Of a stretch of 20,274 nt of DNA, positions 1 to 10,668 are shown one piece after another. This DNA is from Azolla caroliniana (taxonomy: Eukaryota; Plantae; Polypodiophyta), in NCBI GenBank assembly GCA_043228905.1, contig JBHGNT010000574.1, positions 1-20,274 of the forward strand, written 5' to 3'. The notes below the pieces were generated by a model. That model was not told the DNA's origin and ran no database searches. It saw nothing but the letters and a program-made list of their open reading frames with translations. The first letter of the stretch is position 1; each line of letters opens with the position of its first letter. A program made the translations under genes and the position numbers.

Positions 1-127
1 AATAGTTTCATGGTTTGATTCAAGTTTCAAATTTTTTAATGGTTCGGTTTTGACACTTTCGAACCAAACCAAACCGTGGCCGATTGTTAAATGTAGGTGA
101 CCTTTGTTGTAACTCATCGAGGGGTGA

Positions 128-527
128 ATGCTTGGGGTTGTTTCAAACCATATTCGAATATTGTTGACAATATCTACTGTCTTTGAATCCTCTCAAATGT
201 CAAATTTGAGTAAAACATGGGTTAATGCTCGGTCATGTAGTACCCAAAGATGGCATACCAATGAACAAATCCAAAGTCCTCTCAAATGTCAAATTTGGAT
301 AAAACATGGGTTAATGCATGGTCATGTAGTACCCAAAGATGGCATATCAATGAAAAAATACAAAGTCAAATTAATTCATCAAATTTCCCCACTAAATAAT
401 GAAAAGGCATTACAAGTACTCATGGGGTGTGTTGGTTACTACGAACAATTTAAACAAACTTTTAAAAGAATTCAAACGGACATGTTGGTGTAAGCAATCA
501 TTTGAATTAATTAAAGAATGTCTAGCT
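128..527 (+). mobile_element. Degenerate Ty3/gypsy LTR-retrotransposon pol fragment (RT C-terminus/connection), left part
   Basis: Translation PLKCQIW...GHVVPKDGISMKKYKVKLIHQISPLNNEKALQVLMGCVGYY resembles the gypsy RT end (KC.F....LGHVVS.DGI.....KV..I.......K.L..FLG..GYY). It continues as KECLAKVPI up to the LINE insertion site. Stops and frameshifts are present. Confidence 0.75.
188..365 (+). repeat. 89-bp tandem duplication inside the gypsy RT fragment (188-276, 277-365)
   Basis: tcctctcaaatgtcaaatttg...catgggttaatgc...ggtcatgtagtacccaaagatggcata.caatgaa.aaat.caaag occurs twice with a few substitutions. Confidence 0.9.
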
Positions 528-548
528 AAAGTCCCAATTTTCAGATTC

Positions 549-2060
549 AAGGGGTTTTCTGCTTGGTAGCCGTCCTCGATTGAATTGGGCTTCTATGGAT
601 GCATCAATAGCAGGTAATGTTCTATCATGGGGATGATATGTCATGAATCAACCGTTACAATCTTTGTCGAGGTTTTCAGTTCGAGGAAGAGCTATTATGT
701 GCAATGATATGCAAGTGGCATTGGGACAATTTATGGCTTCATGGTCCACCTCTAGAAATTAGATTTGGATTGGTTATTTCTCTCATTTAAAAGTTATTTT
801 AGGAGTTAAAGTAATTAACACTACGGGTGATGTAATATACTTTAATGTGGATGATGATGGTAGGTTGTGGCATGTATTTTCTTAATCAAATGTGTGGATG
901 TATGCCAATGTTTTAGCGATTCGAGTAGTTGCAAAATCTAGAAAAAAATGGTTCTTCAATCCACCCTTTCAAGAATGTTTACGGTGTTGTTCATTGTGGG
1001 TTTTTCAAAAAAAGCCTCTTTATAATTTGGATTGGGATCCAACTGATTATCAATGGAAAAAACCGAATGCTAGTGGAAATGGTAAACACTTGGAGTTTTT
1101 CCAATATTCAGTTAAGCTAGGTAGAAATTTATTATTGCAATAAAAGTATAAATGCCCTGCTGCCATGAAGCATTGGATTGCAAATAATGTGAATGCATTG
1201 CAACTTACAAAATTTTGGAAATGGTTGTGGAGTATGCAGTTGCCGAAAAATGTGATTTGTTTTCGTTGGTTGTTGATGCATTATGCTCTTCCTGTTGGTG
1301 ATTGGTTGAGGCAAAATCAACAATATGCTTGTGGAATGCATTGTGGTGCATCTACATAATCTATTTTGCATTTGTTTTGGTTATGTCCCAAAATCAATCA
1401 ATTCTAGAGTAAGTTGTTTTTATTACTGAGACACCATTATGCTCATTCTATCTTCTCGTGGGGTGCAGTATTATGGGGTGTCCTTCATGGAGATGTTATG
1501 AAGTATGAAAGTATGCATGCTTCTCATGTTTTTCACTTTTCCAATGGGTACATTTATCTCACTTCATTTCCATCTTTTATTCCTCGGTTTAGAACTGAAA
1601 ATTTGGTTATTTGGCGTACTATTACGTCATTAGCTCTTTGGACAATATGGAAAATGAGATGCAAGGCTGTTTTTAATAATGCTCACATACATCTCAGTAC
1701 TATGCTTATTGAATTTTGGTTGTTATTTGTCCATACCATACGTGGACAATATGATGATCTGCAGGGTTCAATTGATGCTCAAAGGCACATTCAAGTGGAC
1801 TTTAAGAAACGACGACGAGGGCTTCACTTATTTTCAGATACAACTTATGGTATGAAGTGGAATTATGCCATACCTTCTTTTTTATTGCATAGCTTGTAGA
1901 TTGTGCTCCATTTGTTCCTTATATGATATCATCTGTTTGATCAGATGTTGGTATTAGCTTTTGTATTACAATAGAGGCGAGATGAAATGTCTCATTCTGT
2001 TTTCTATATGTACATTTCTCAAGTAATATACTAAGGTGTATCTTTCTTAAAATAAAATAA
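549..2060 (+). mobile_element. 5'-truncated, degenerate LINE (L1-like non-LTR retrotransposon, ORF2 C-terminal zf-RVT region)
   Basis: Broken frames give FWKWLWSMQLPKNVICFRWLLMHYALPVG...CGMHC...SILHLFWLCP...LWTIWKMRCKAVF, the typical zf-RVT and downstream LW.IW..R motif. It has an A-rich 3' tail (aaaataaaataaaaa, ~2049-2063). The TSD AAAGTCCCAATTTTCA lies at 528-543 and 2061-2076, extending to 21 bp with 1 mismatch. Confidence 0.9.
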
Positions 2061-2081
2061 AAAGTCCCAATTTTCAAATTC

Positions 2082-2150
2082 CCCATATTGCACCAATGAA
2101 TTTCACCTTCATATAGATGAATCAACCTTCACATTAGGTGTGAATCGTGA
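2082..2150 (+). mobile_element. Ty3/gypsy RNase H start, right part of the element interrupted by the LINE
   Basis: tttcaccttcatatagatgaatcaaccttcacattaggtgtg translates as FHLHIDESTFTLGV, matching the gypsy RNase H F.L..DAS...LG motif. It is collinear with the RT fragment left of the LINE. Confidence 0.65.
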
Positions 2151-2910
2151 TATTATGCCCAATGATGAAGCACAACGTGAATATGAAAGGGTGAGTTGTA
2201 GGTGTTGTGAGCAAGGGATGTGGATGTGTAATGTATTTTTACTCATGGGTACTACTCAAGAACCACCTTGAGGATGGTGCGCAAGGACATATACTATCTA
2301 CCCTTTTGTTGGTAGTAGTCAGGACAATCGAGAGTGAGTGTCGATCACCGCCAAGCTACTTACAAGTTACTACTAAAGCAAACTCTAATCTCACACTAAG
2401 AATTAATCCCTTATTCAAGACAATACTTTACCACTCAATAATGAAGAGCCCTTACCACATTTACATCCCATTCCATGCACTCAATAGAATAACGAAGAGA
2501 CAAGAAATCAATAGCTTGATATAGCTTCCATTAGCCCACTTAATGCAAAAAATGAAAGCTTTGGGGCTAATTATACAAATATGTACTACATATAAAACAT
2601 ATTTATATGATTAATTCTATCTTCTCACCCATTGCCATGGATGTGGTGTTTATGGGATTTTGTAACACACTTAAGAGTTAGCTTGGGGCGATTTTGGCTT
2701 TGAATGGGTGTGCACATGCTTGGGAAGCCATATTTGTGTCTTCTCTTCATGGAACCACTGAACAATCGTCAACTACCTTTGTGTGGGCCTTCAACAATAA
2801 CTCATGCATGTTCGCTCATGGTTGGCACATAGTCTTTGAGGTAATTTAAATGACTTGTCATTCCAACTTAATAATGTAAAGGGTTTTCATACAATGGCAA
2901 ACATTTTGGG

Positions 2911-3120
2911 TTGGTAAGGTTTTATGAACAAATGGCTAAACCAAAATACGTCATTGATATGGGAGCTTGCACAATTACACGAGATAAGTTCTCCCACAAC
3001 ATTATTTGTGAGATGGATAAAATAAATTCCTTTATATATTTATTTGTAGGGTTATTCACCTAGAGTTGAAGCTATTATTGATGTTGTGGGGAAACATTGC
3101 AAAAAAGTGACTTGAGAGAA
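2911..3120 (+). pseudogene. ndhK: Plastid-derived ndhK fragment (old NUPT; NDH subunit K / NuoB family), with frameshift and stops
   Basis: From 2911 it reads [28 protein letters not shown]...EMDKI, then after a +1 shift [29 protein letters not shown]. This matches plastid NdhK [28 protein letters not shown]...VDKLIPVD.YLPGCPP.PEA.IDA..KLRKK. YEQM/GACTIT indicate the plastid type rather than mitochondrial PSST. Confidence 0.85.
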
Positions 3121-3394
3121 TAAGGATTGCGCTTCTAGTTCTACTCGAAATTACCTTGGTATGAATAATCATCTCCATTAGACTTCCTTTTGGGGGCCAA
3201 ACTTGGACCACGACAATGTGATGTGCTTGAAGTTGATATATTAAGACTTACAATGGTAGCCAATGGAGTCCCTTCTGAAAGGGAAGTTAAGGTAGGCAAT
3301 GGGCACGTTGAACCTAAGAATTTCATGGTTTAACTTGAGCATTGCCACCGAAGGAGATGATTGGCTCAAGTTTACATTCTTCTCTAGGATTGTA

Positions 3395-4430
3395 GTGCAG
3401 AAACCATCGAACATTGGGAAGTACTCCTATTGTGCATTTGAAAAAATCATATATTTACTTGCAACACGTGTTAAGTATCTAACACCTGAGACACTTGTTG
3501 TGGAGATTGCAGTACCAATAAGGGACACCGAGCTCAACTAACCATAGGAACAAGAGATAGAAAAAAGCAAATATAAAGCAATGTAAGCCAATGGGCAACC
3601 TAGTGTGAAAGGAACTCACTTAGTACCTTGTTAAAAGCTATAAAAGCCACTTTTGAGTGACTTTTGTAGCTCTTCTCCAATCTTAGGTTTTTTCCTTCTC
3701 ATTAATGCAATAGAGCTCTTACTCTAATCCCCTAATATTCTATTAGAGCTATGGGAGATTAGGGTTAAGAGCTAAGTAAGACAAACTCTAATCTCCTCCT
3801 CTTCTACGGTGCTAAACCTCTTTGCGTAAGAATTGGTGTATTTGATTATATCTTATTTGTCTCTACATTCACGTTCATGTGCAAGAGATAATAAAGTGTG
3901 AGAGAGAGAGAGTGAGTGTGTGTTTGTGAGCTTAACTACTAATAATCATAGTTAAGTAGGCTAGTAGCTCCAAGGTGCTTGATAACCAAAATGGCCTAGT
4001 TCACCACCAAAAGGGCATATGCCAGTCCAAATCCTAGGCCAACGACATTGATAGAAGGGATAACTTCATCGATCCATAGATGTGTTTCGGTGTATTACAC
4101 GGAAATGACACCACATGACATGGAATACATGGTTTTGGAAGGTTCCCCTAGGCATTACCAGGGTTGCAATGTATCATGTGAGTAAAGGTTTTAATCTCAC
4201 ATGGGAATGACTCCAAACATTTGAAGGAAAACCACACAATAGGATTTTAGTGCATTAACCATCAAACATTGGGAAGTACACCAATGCTCTCAAAGAAATA
4301 ATACATTTACTTGCACCACACCAATATTTACTTGGAATACATGGTTTTGGAAGGGTTCCCTAGGCCTCAACACATGTCATGCCACTAAAGGTTTTAATAT
4401 CACGTGGGAATGACCCCACACATTGGATGA
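3395..4430. repeat. Diverged local direct repeats in TE debris (3395-3467 ~ 4250-4320; 4121-4230 ~ 4333-4430)
   Basis: aaccatc.aacattgggaagtac...atttacttgca.cac occurs twice. tggaatacatggttttggaagg.t.ccctaggc...taaaggttttaat.tcac.tgggaatgac.cca.acatt occurs twice, about 212 bp apart. Confidence 0.75.
3600..4060 (+). mobile_element. Possible degenerate LTR-like segment, related to 6618-7060
   Basis: Both segments share motifs in the same order: tgtgaaa.gg, tataaa.g.cactttt, ctccaat, a CT-rich tract, and gtgct.gat.acca...aaaagg.atatg. Identity is low and no PBS or PPT was recognised. Confidence 0.3.
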
Positions 4431-4784
4431 TCACCACCTAGAGGCTTGAGAGTTGTTCATTACATTCCATAGGAGTATTGTGACAATGGTTTGTCTGTCA
4501 ATTGAGGCGATCGTATCTCTAATTATATATTTCACATGAGAGGTAGAGTTGTCAACTATCTTCAAGGTTATATTTCATAATATCTATATGATGGTGGGTC
4601 ACTAGCTCGAATGGTACAACCATGTAGCAATTTTTGGTCCAACCATTGTTGTCACAACTTTGTGGACCAATCATGTGCATGTTGTTGACCATCACCGACA
4701 TATGGCTAGTCTTAAAGGATGAGTGATGTTGTGAGTCGAACCATAGTCTTTTTTCTCTATCATAATCTTAATTGTTAAATGGGT

Positions 4785-6497
4785 CACCCTCTTTAAAATG
4801 GTTATTCTTGAATGATGTACAAACACCAAGGCAGGATCTTGCATCCAATAGATTTTTGCTAGGAATCATAGAGGCATGGGATGTGATTAAGTCATTCTTG
4901 CTTAAGGACAAGCCTTCTACGTGGGATGCGCTACTTAATCAACCTCTTCTTGCCAAATCTTTATTTCTGGATAATGCAGGAAAAGTGTTGGTCTTGAGAA
5001 CTCACCTTGCATGGGGAAAATTGGATAATGGGCCTGCTGCATCTGTAAGAATGTGGAATCATTTTTAGCAAATGTCATAAGAAGATCGTCTTGCACAATT
5101 ACAATCAGTTTATGGTGCCAAGATAATGATCGCTAGTATATCAACAACATATTCTTTGTTTTCTACAACCTTTCAACCCACAAAGGAACATATGTGGTTT
5201 GGATGCTTCATAAATGACACATTGGTGGCTGTCAAGGCAGTTTCACCTAACGGGTGTGCTTAATACTTTAAGGTCCTAGACAATCATACATTACAACCTT
5301 ATACCTTAGAGTGCAGTTATCTACAACACTTGCGAAAGTGCTAAATTTGGAAAGAAATGGATGCTCGATCCTTATCCTTCAATTGCGTATACGTGTGATA
5401 TGTTGTGGCTATATGCAAAAGACCCGGTTGCAAGATTAACATGGGATCCGAGGGGCTGGTTTTGGTCACATTCCTTGGGGGAATAGATCATAAAGGTTCC
5501 TTTCTTTCAATACTTAGTAAAACTTGGAAGAGCACTATTGCTTTCTCAGAATGCAAGGATACCAACAACTTAGAAACATTGGACCACTTGGGGGATCTCA
5601 ACTTTGCATTTGAAAACCTATTGGAAATGGATTTGGTCATTCAAGGGGCCAACTAAATTTATTCTCTTCAGATGGCTATTAGTGCATATGACCTTACCAG
5701 TTGATCACTCATTGAAAGGGAATGTAACACCTAATATTCAACAATGTGGCTTTTGCCACAAAGCGCAAGAGACTATCAAGCATGCCCTTTGGTCATGTTC
5801 CTTGGCTCAACAAGTACGGAATAAAGTTCTTTCGTTATTTTTAACAATCAATGTTGGTTGCTTATTTTCATGGGGATCAACAATGTGGGGAGTGTTACAT
5901 TCCAGTTTGATGTTGTATGAGGCAAACGATGTTCAAGAGTCAATGATGGTACATAATAGAAGATTGATATTGGTCAGCCCCTTTCAACAACCTCAAAAGT
6001 AGGCGCGATTTGCCCATATACGAAAAACAGTGACTACAATAACGTTATGGGCATTATGGAAATGTCGATGCAATTGACGTTATGATGCGACATATCAATG
6101 TCTCTCAGATGTCTTACGTGAGATATGGGAGAACTTGGTGGCAGTAGTCCGCGACCAGTATGACAACATGCAGGGTTCACCAAAGACTGTGAACAAGAGA
6201 AAGAAGAAGCACCTTCACTTATGGAAAAAGTTACCCCTATTCTCTGAGTCAACTCAAGGGCCTCAATGGAACCATCAACTTCCTTGGACCCTTTCTTGAT
6301 TAACAGTGAAGCACGACAGAATGCAAAAAAATAACATTTTACAAAGTTCTAGCTTTGGTGTTAGGATTATTGTATATCATTGTACATGAAAATTGTAAGG
6401 TTTTCGCCAGATAAGCTTAAGTTGTAGCATTCACATGTTTTTCTTAATACTAATGAGGAAAATCTTTGAAGAAAAAGAAAAATAAATAAAAATAAAA
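4785..6497 (+). mobile_element. 5'-truncated, degenerate LINE (zf-RVT region) with perfect 15-bp TSD
   Basis: Translation YWKWIWSFKGPTKFILFRWLLVHMTLPV...CGFCHKAQETIKHALWSCSLAQQV is a zf-RVT, homologous to the LINE at 549-2060. It has an A-rich tail at ~6469-6497. The TSD AATTGTTAAATGGGT lies at 4770-4784 and 6498-6512. Confidence 0.9.
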
Positions 6498-8710
6498 AAT
6501 TGTTAAATGGGTGACATTGTTAAGTACCTATTATAATAATGTGCCCAACGATAATATCAACATCAATACTAAGGTCACAAGTGATGTATTGTAAAGCTAG
6601 AGCCTTAGGGTCACCCAATGTGAAAAGGGACAAAACTTTTTTGTTAAATTAATAATAATAACTATAAAGGTCACTTTTAGACCTTTTGAATGCTTCTATT
6701 GATCTCCAATTTAAGCCAAACCTCCCTCTCTCTCATACATTTAGAGAGATTGGTGTTACGTATTGTTTGAGCCTCTCATTCTCATTCTCTTGTATGTGTG
6801 TTGGTGATTCTCATTAATTGAAGTGTGGTTAGTCAATGTGTTCATGTTCATTTGCTTGACTACATTGTTTAACGAATAAACCTTGAAAGGGCATTGGCAA
6901 GCTTCTGGGTTAGGATAACCTTGAAGAGAGGTGAGTTAGTGTTCGGTTAGTTTAGGTACACAAAGTTAGTTACTCTAGAGTGCTCGATGACCACACCCAC
7001 TTGACTCCCCATTAAAAGGTATATGAAAGTATGGATTCCTTGTCAAATCGCTCTCAAGATTATAATCGTAACCTTATGAACCGATTCTATAATTAATACG
7101 AGTAGGATAGTCGGAAAACTGATTATCCCAAGAACTCGGACAAACCCATATAGACCTATGACCTATGGGAACATGTGGTGGTTTGGGAGGCATGCCTTTC
7201 ATATCCACAACTCCATGCAAACACGTCTATGAACTCCTAGAGTAGAGCAACAAAACTTGAATCTTCTTCTAGTTTTAGTTCTATTGCTACGTAAACGAGT
7301 TTTGGGGATTCTCTATCGCCCAAGTTTATTTCCTTAACTTGAGTTCATTCGTCACATGCGAGTCATTCCATGTTTGTTTAAGACAATCCACCCAATGTGT
7401 TCCAAACTTGTAGAGCTCGAACTTTACATATATCTAGCTCTTTCAAACTTGCTGACATTTTTATCATCATTTTTTTTAGCGTTTGTAATAATTCCCTCTT
7501 CCACACATTGCAAGTGTTGTGAGGGATGACATGTTGGAATCTTATCTCCACCTCAACATTATTCAACCATTTTTTTCACCTGGCCTTATTTTTTTCATAT
7601 GATCTAACAAAGTAAACTGATTTATACCATAAAGTAATTGATGATGACCCCATCCTCATTGACACTTTCAATATTGAAGGATACATACTATTGACGATGG
7701 CTAGAGTATGAGTGATCTTTTCATTGTTTGATGTTTCACTATATTGTTTGTATGCCTCAAATCACATTTTTTTTCCGCTTTGAGCTATTTCTTGAGCTCA
7801 AGTGACCAATTGTACACATTTTTTGAATGCACAACTAATAACAAGTTTATATCTACCTTCTTTTCTCACTTGGGCACTTTGAGATGATATGTTCATAATT
7901 GCAAGATTCACGCAAAAACCATGCTAGTACTCTTGTGCATTTTGGCCAGTAGATGTCATTAGTTTGTTTATCAATTAGACTTCCCTTTGGTTACATACAT
8001 ATATCATTGTTTTGGGTTACAATCGTAATATCCCTGTTTGTTTGGGCATTCAATCAATTAGCGAGGTTCTTGACACTAAAACATTCTATTGTAGAATGTC
8101 TGGATGCACCATTGTCTCTGTCATAATTTTTGAGAGCATATATTGGTGTACAAGTACCTTTTGAGACAACATAATGCAACAAACTTTCATTCTTCTAGCT
8201 CTTAGCCCATCAATTTCATCTATTCCTTCTCTTGAGTAGTACGACAACTCATTGTCTTGAGCCCCCACGATGAAGCTCTTCTCTAAGATGGTAATATATT
8301 TCCATTAGTCTACTACCTACCTAAGGGTGTGTGTTTGGAATGTGTTGAGGATGTGTTTGGTGGTGTTTGTCACGTGGAGGTTGTCTAGATAACCCAATTG
8401 GCGTCTTTCAACAATCTTCTCGACGATGTGTTGCAAAATATTTACATTAAGTGGGTTCCACAGACACACACATGTAGAAGACAAATGATATCGATGAATA
8501 GAACAAAAATAAATAAATCAAGAGACTCATGATGAACAATAAGAGATCAAATGCAAATTGAGGTAACCCAAAGGAACGAAAACACACGAACTAGAAACAA
8601 AAGGTTCCGGAAATGAAATGACACAAGACAATGGAATGAATGGTAAAGAGGAGAAACAGAACACAAAACCAACAAAAAAACAAGAGGTTTGTGTGTTGTG
8701 CGTGGGGGGC

Positions 8711-8880
8711 GATCCGGAGAAGAACCAATCAGAAACGAGGGAGCGGATCGCTGATGGAGAGCCGTTGGATGAAGAGGAGGAAGGGGGGGGGGCGATAGTG
8801 GACCGTTGGATCTCAAGGAAAGGAAAAAGAAGGCGGGAGAAAGACGAACGAATTTTGAACTCGCCTCTCTTCTTTAAATA
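8711..8880 (+). promoter_or_regulatory. Histone gene proximal promoter (CCAAT box, octamer-like, nonamer/MSA-like, E2F-like, TATA-like)
   Basis: AACCAATCAG at 8723-8732. AGCGGATC at 8742-8749 (1 mismatch to the plant histone octamer CGCGGATC). Reverse-strand nonamer CATCCAACG at 8763-8771. A second reverse-strand TCCAACGGTC at 8801-8810. GGCGGGAGA at 8832-8840 (E2F-like). TTTAAATA at 8873-8880. The region is locally GC/CpG-rich. Confidence 0.7.
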
Positions 8881-8918
8881 TCTAACCGCCGCAGCTCTCA
8901 GATCTCAGACTCAGATAA

Positions 8919-9416
<498 letters not shown>

Positions 9417-9452
9417 AAGATAAATGTTTTTTTTAAAAAAAGATTCGTTACT

Positions 9453-9477
9453 AAAACGGTGTATTTATACACCACCA
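9453..9477 (+). promoter_or_regulatory. Histone mRNA 3'-end stem-loop (histone3/SLBP-type element)
   Basis: AAAAC GGTGTA TTTA TACACC ACCA. The 6-bp stem (9458-9463/9468-9473) is perfect and opens with GG/CC. It has a 4-nt U-rich loop, an A-rich 5' flank and an ACCA 3' flank, and starts 42 nt after the H3 stop codon. Confidence 0.85.
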
Positions 9478-10394
9478 TTATTCTGATAATGGATTACTCT
9501 TACCTTCTGCGTTTGGAAATTCCTTTATATCTTTGTGTTTGAGTGTGGTATGAGCTTGGGAGCTGTTGCTCTCGAAACCTCCTGATAGAGAGGTGTTTTG
9601 GTAGTAAACACATTTGAACCTTTTATGACGGACGACAATATAGTAATATGTTTCAATGCTTTGCTCTCAGAATTTTCTTGACATTGTTTTGTATTAATTT
9701 AGGGTAACTGTAAAATTTTAGCAATTGAGGTTTGCACAGGTTCAAATATGGACTGTTTAGGGTTTGTCTTGTGGCTGCAATAAAATTGTTGAAGTAGATA
9801 TTATTTTGGCGAATGGCTTGCAATTGTTGTGATTCTTATTACGTAGATAGTTGAACACTAATCCAAATGTAACATGATAGTTAGCTAATACTTACCAAGA
9901 GTTTAGTCTGTTTTTTGGCTGTGTTAAATTTGATGCTTTCCATCAGTCGCCCTGAATTACAGTTGTGGCTTAAAATGTTTCAGTGGCAATAACATTTCTT
10001 AGTCGTTAGGTAGTTTCAAATTCTGCCTGAAATGTAGTATTTCTTGTCTGCCAATGTTTACTCATGATGGCTGTGATAAATAGATTGCCTGTTTTTCATC
10101 AGCGTCCATATTAGTATTTTTTTGGTGCAAAATGCTTCAATTTCTTACAACCTTTCCTTTTCATTATGTATTTGCAAACTCTGCCACATATTTACCATAA
10201 TAGTTTGGTAACGAATAGTCTTGATGTCTGTAATTAATTACTTGTTTTTCGGCAGTGTCTTTGCAAATATTATGGTGGCTTAGATAATTGCAAATTCTAA
10301 GTTAACTTGTGAATTGCTAATGCTCAATTCTACCATTACTGGTGTTCTAAAATTAATTGTGTTTTCTTGTTAATGAAATAGACGATGTCATCAT

Positions 10395-10668
10395 TTGTTT
10401 TGCATTCTTACCTATCCTCTATTGACAGTCATGGATGAAAAGAAAGTATATTGATCACTGCAGATTACCCAAAAAAACCTTGGGCAAATCAAAGTATTTG
10501 CTCAACCTGAGGCAATTATGAATAGACTATGTTATTGCCTTTTGTTTACTTTCTTACTCATCCACTACTTACATAGTGATGGATGAAAACATATGTTGAT
10601 CACTAAAGATTACCCAAAGAACTTTAGGCAAACTAAAGTATCTGCCCAACCTAAGACAATTATGAATA
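10395..10668. repeat. Diverged ~145-bp tandem duplication between the convergent H3 and HPt genes
   Basis: gt.atggatgaaaa...ta.ttgatcact..agattacccaaa.aac.tt.ggcaaa..aaagtat.tgc.caacct.ag.caattatgaata occurs at ~10428-10523 and ~10576-10668, with similar upstream flanks. Confidence 0.85.

Noticed and set aside
1-85. GGTTCGGTT/AACCAAACCAAACCG motifs resembling a DNA-transposon or MITE end
   Set aside because: Cut off by the window edge, so no partner TIR or TSD can be verified.
7130-8280. Minus-strand short ORFs (7378-7566, 8086-8268) as transposase remnants
   Set aside because: Probably TE debris, but I could not recognise any diagnostic motif.
8323-8475. Tourist-like MITE (gggtgtgtgtttgg ... 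cagacacacac)
   Set aside because: The inverted match is short and low-complexity, and no TSD was found.
10162-10275. Imperfect inverted repeat (tatttgcaaa..ctgcc / ggcag..tttgcaaata) as a pre-miRNA
   Set aside because: Only ~17 paired bases with bulges and a poorly paired interior; too weak without small-RNA data.
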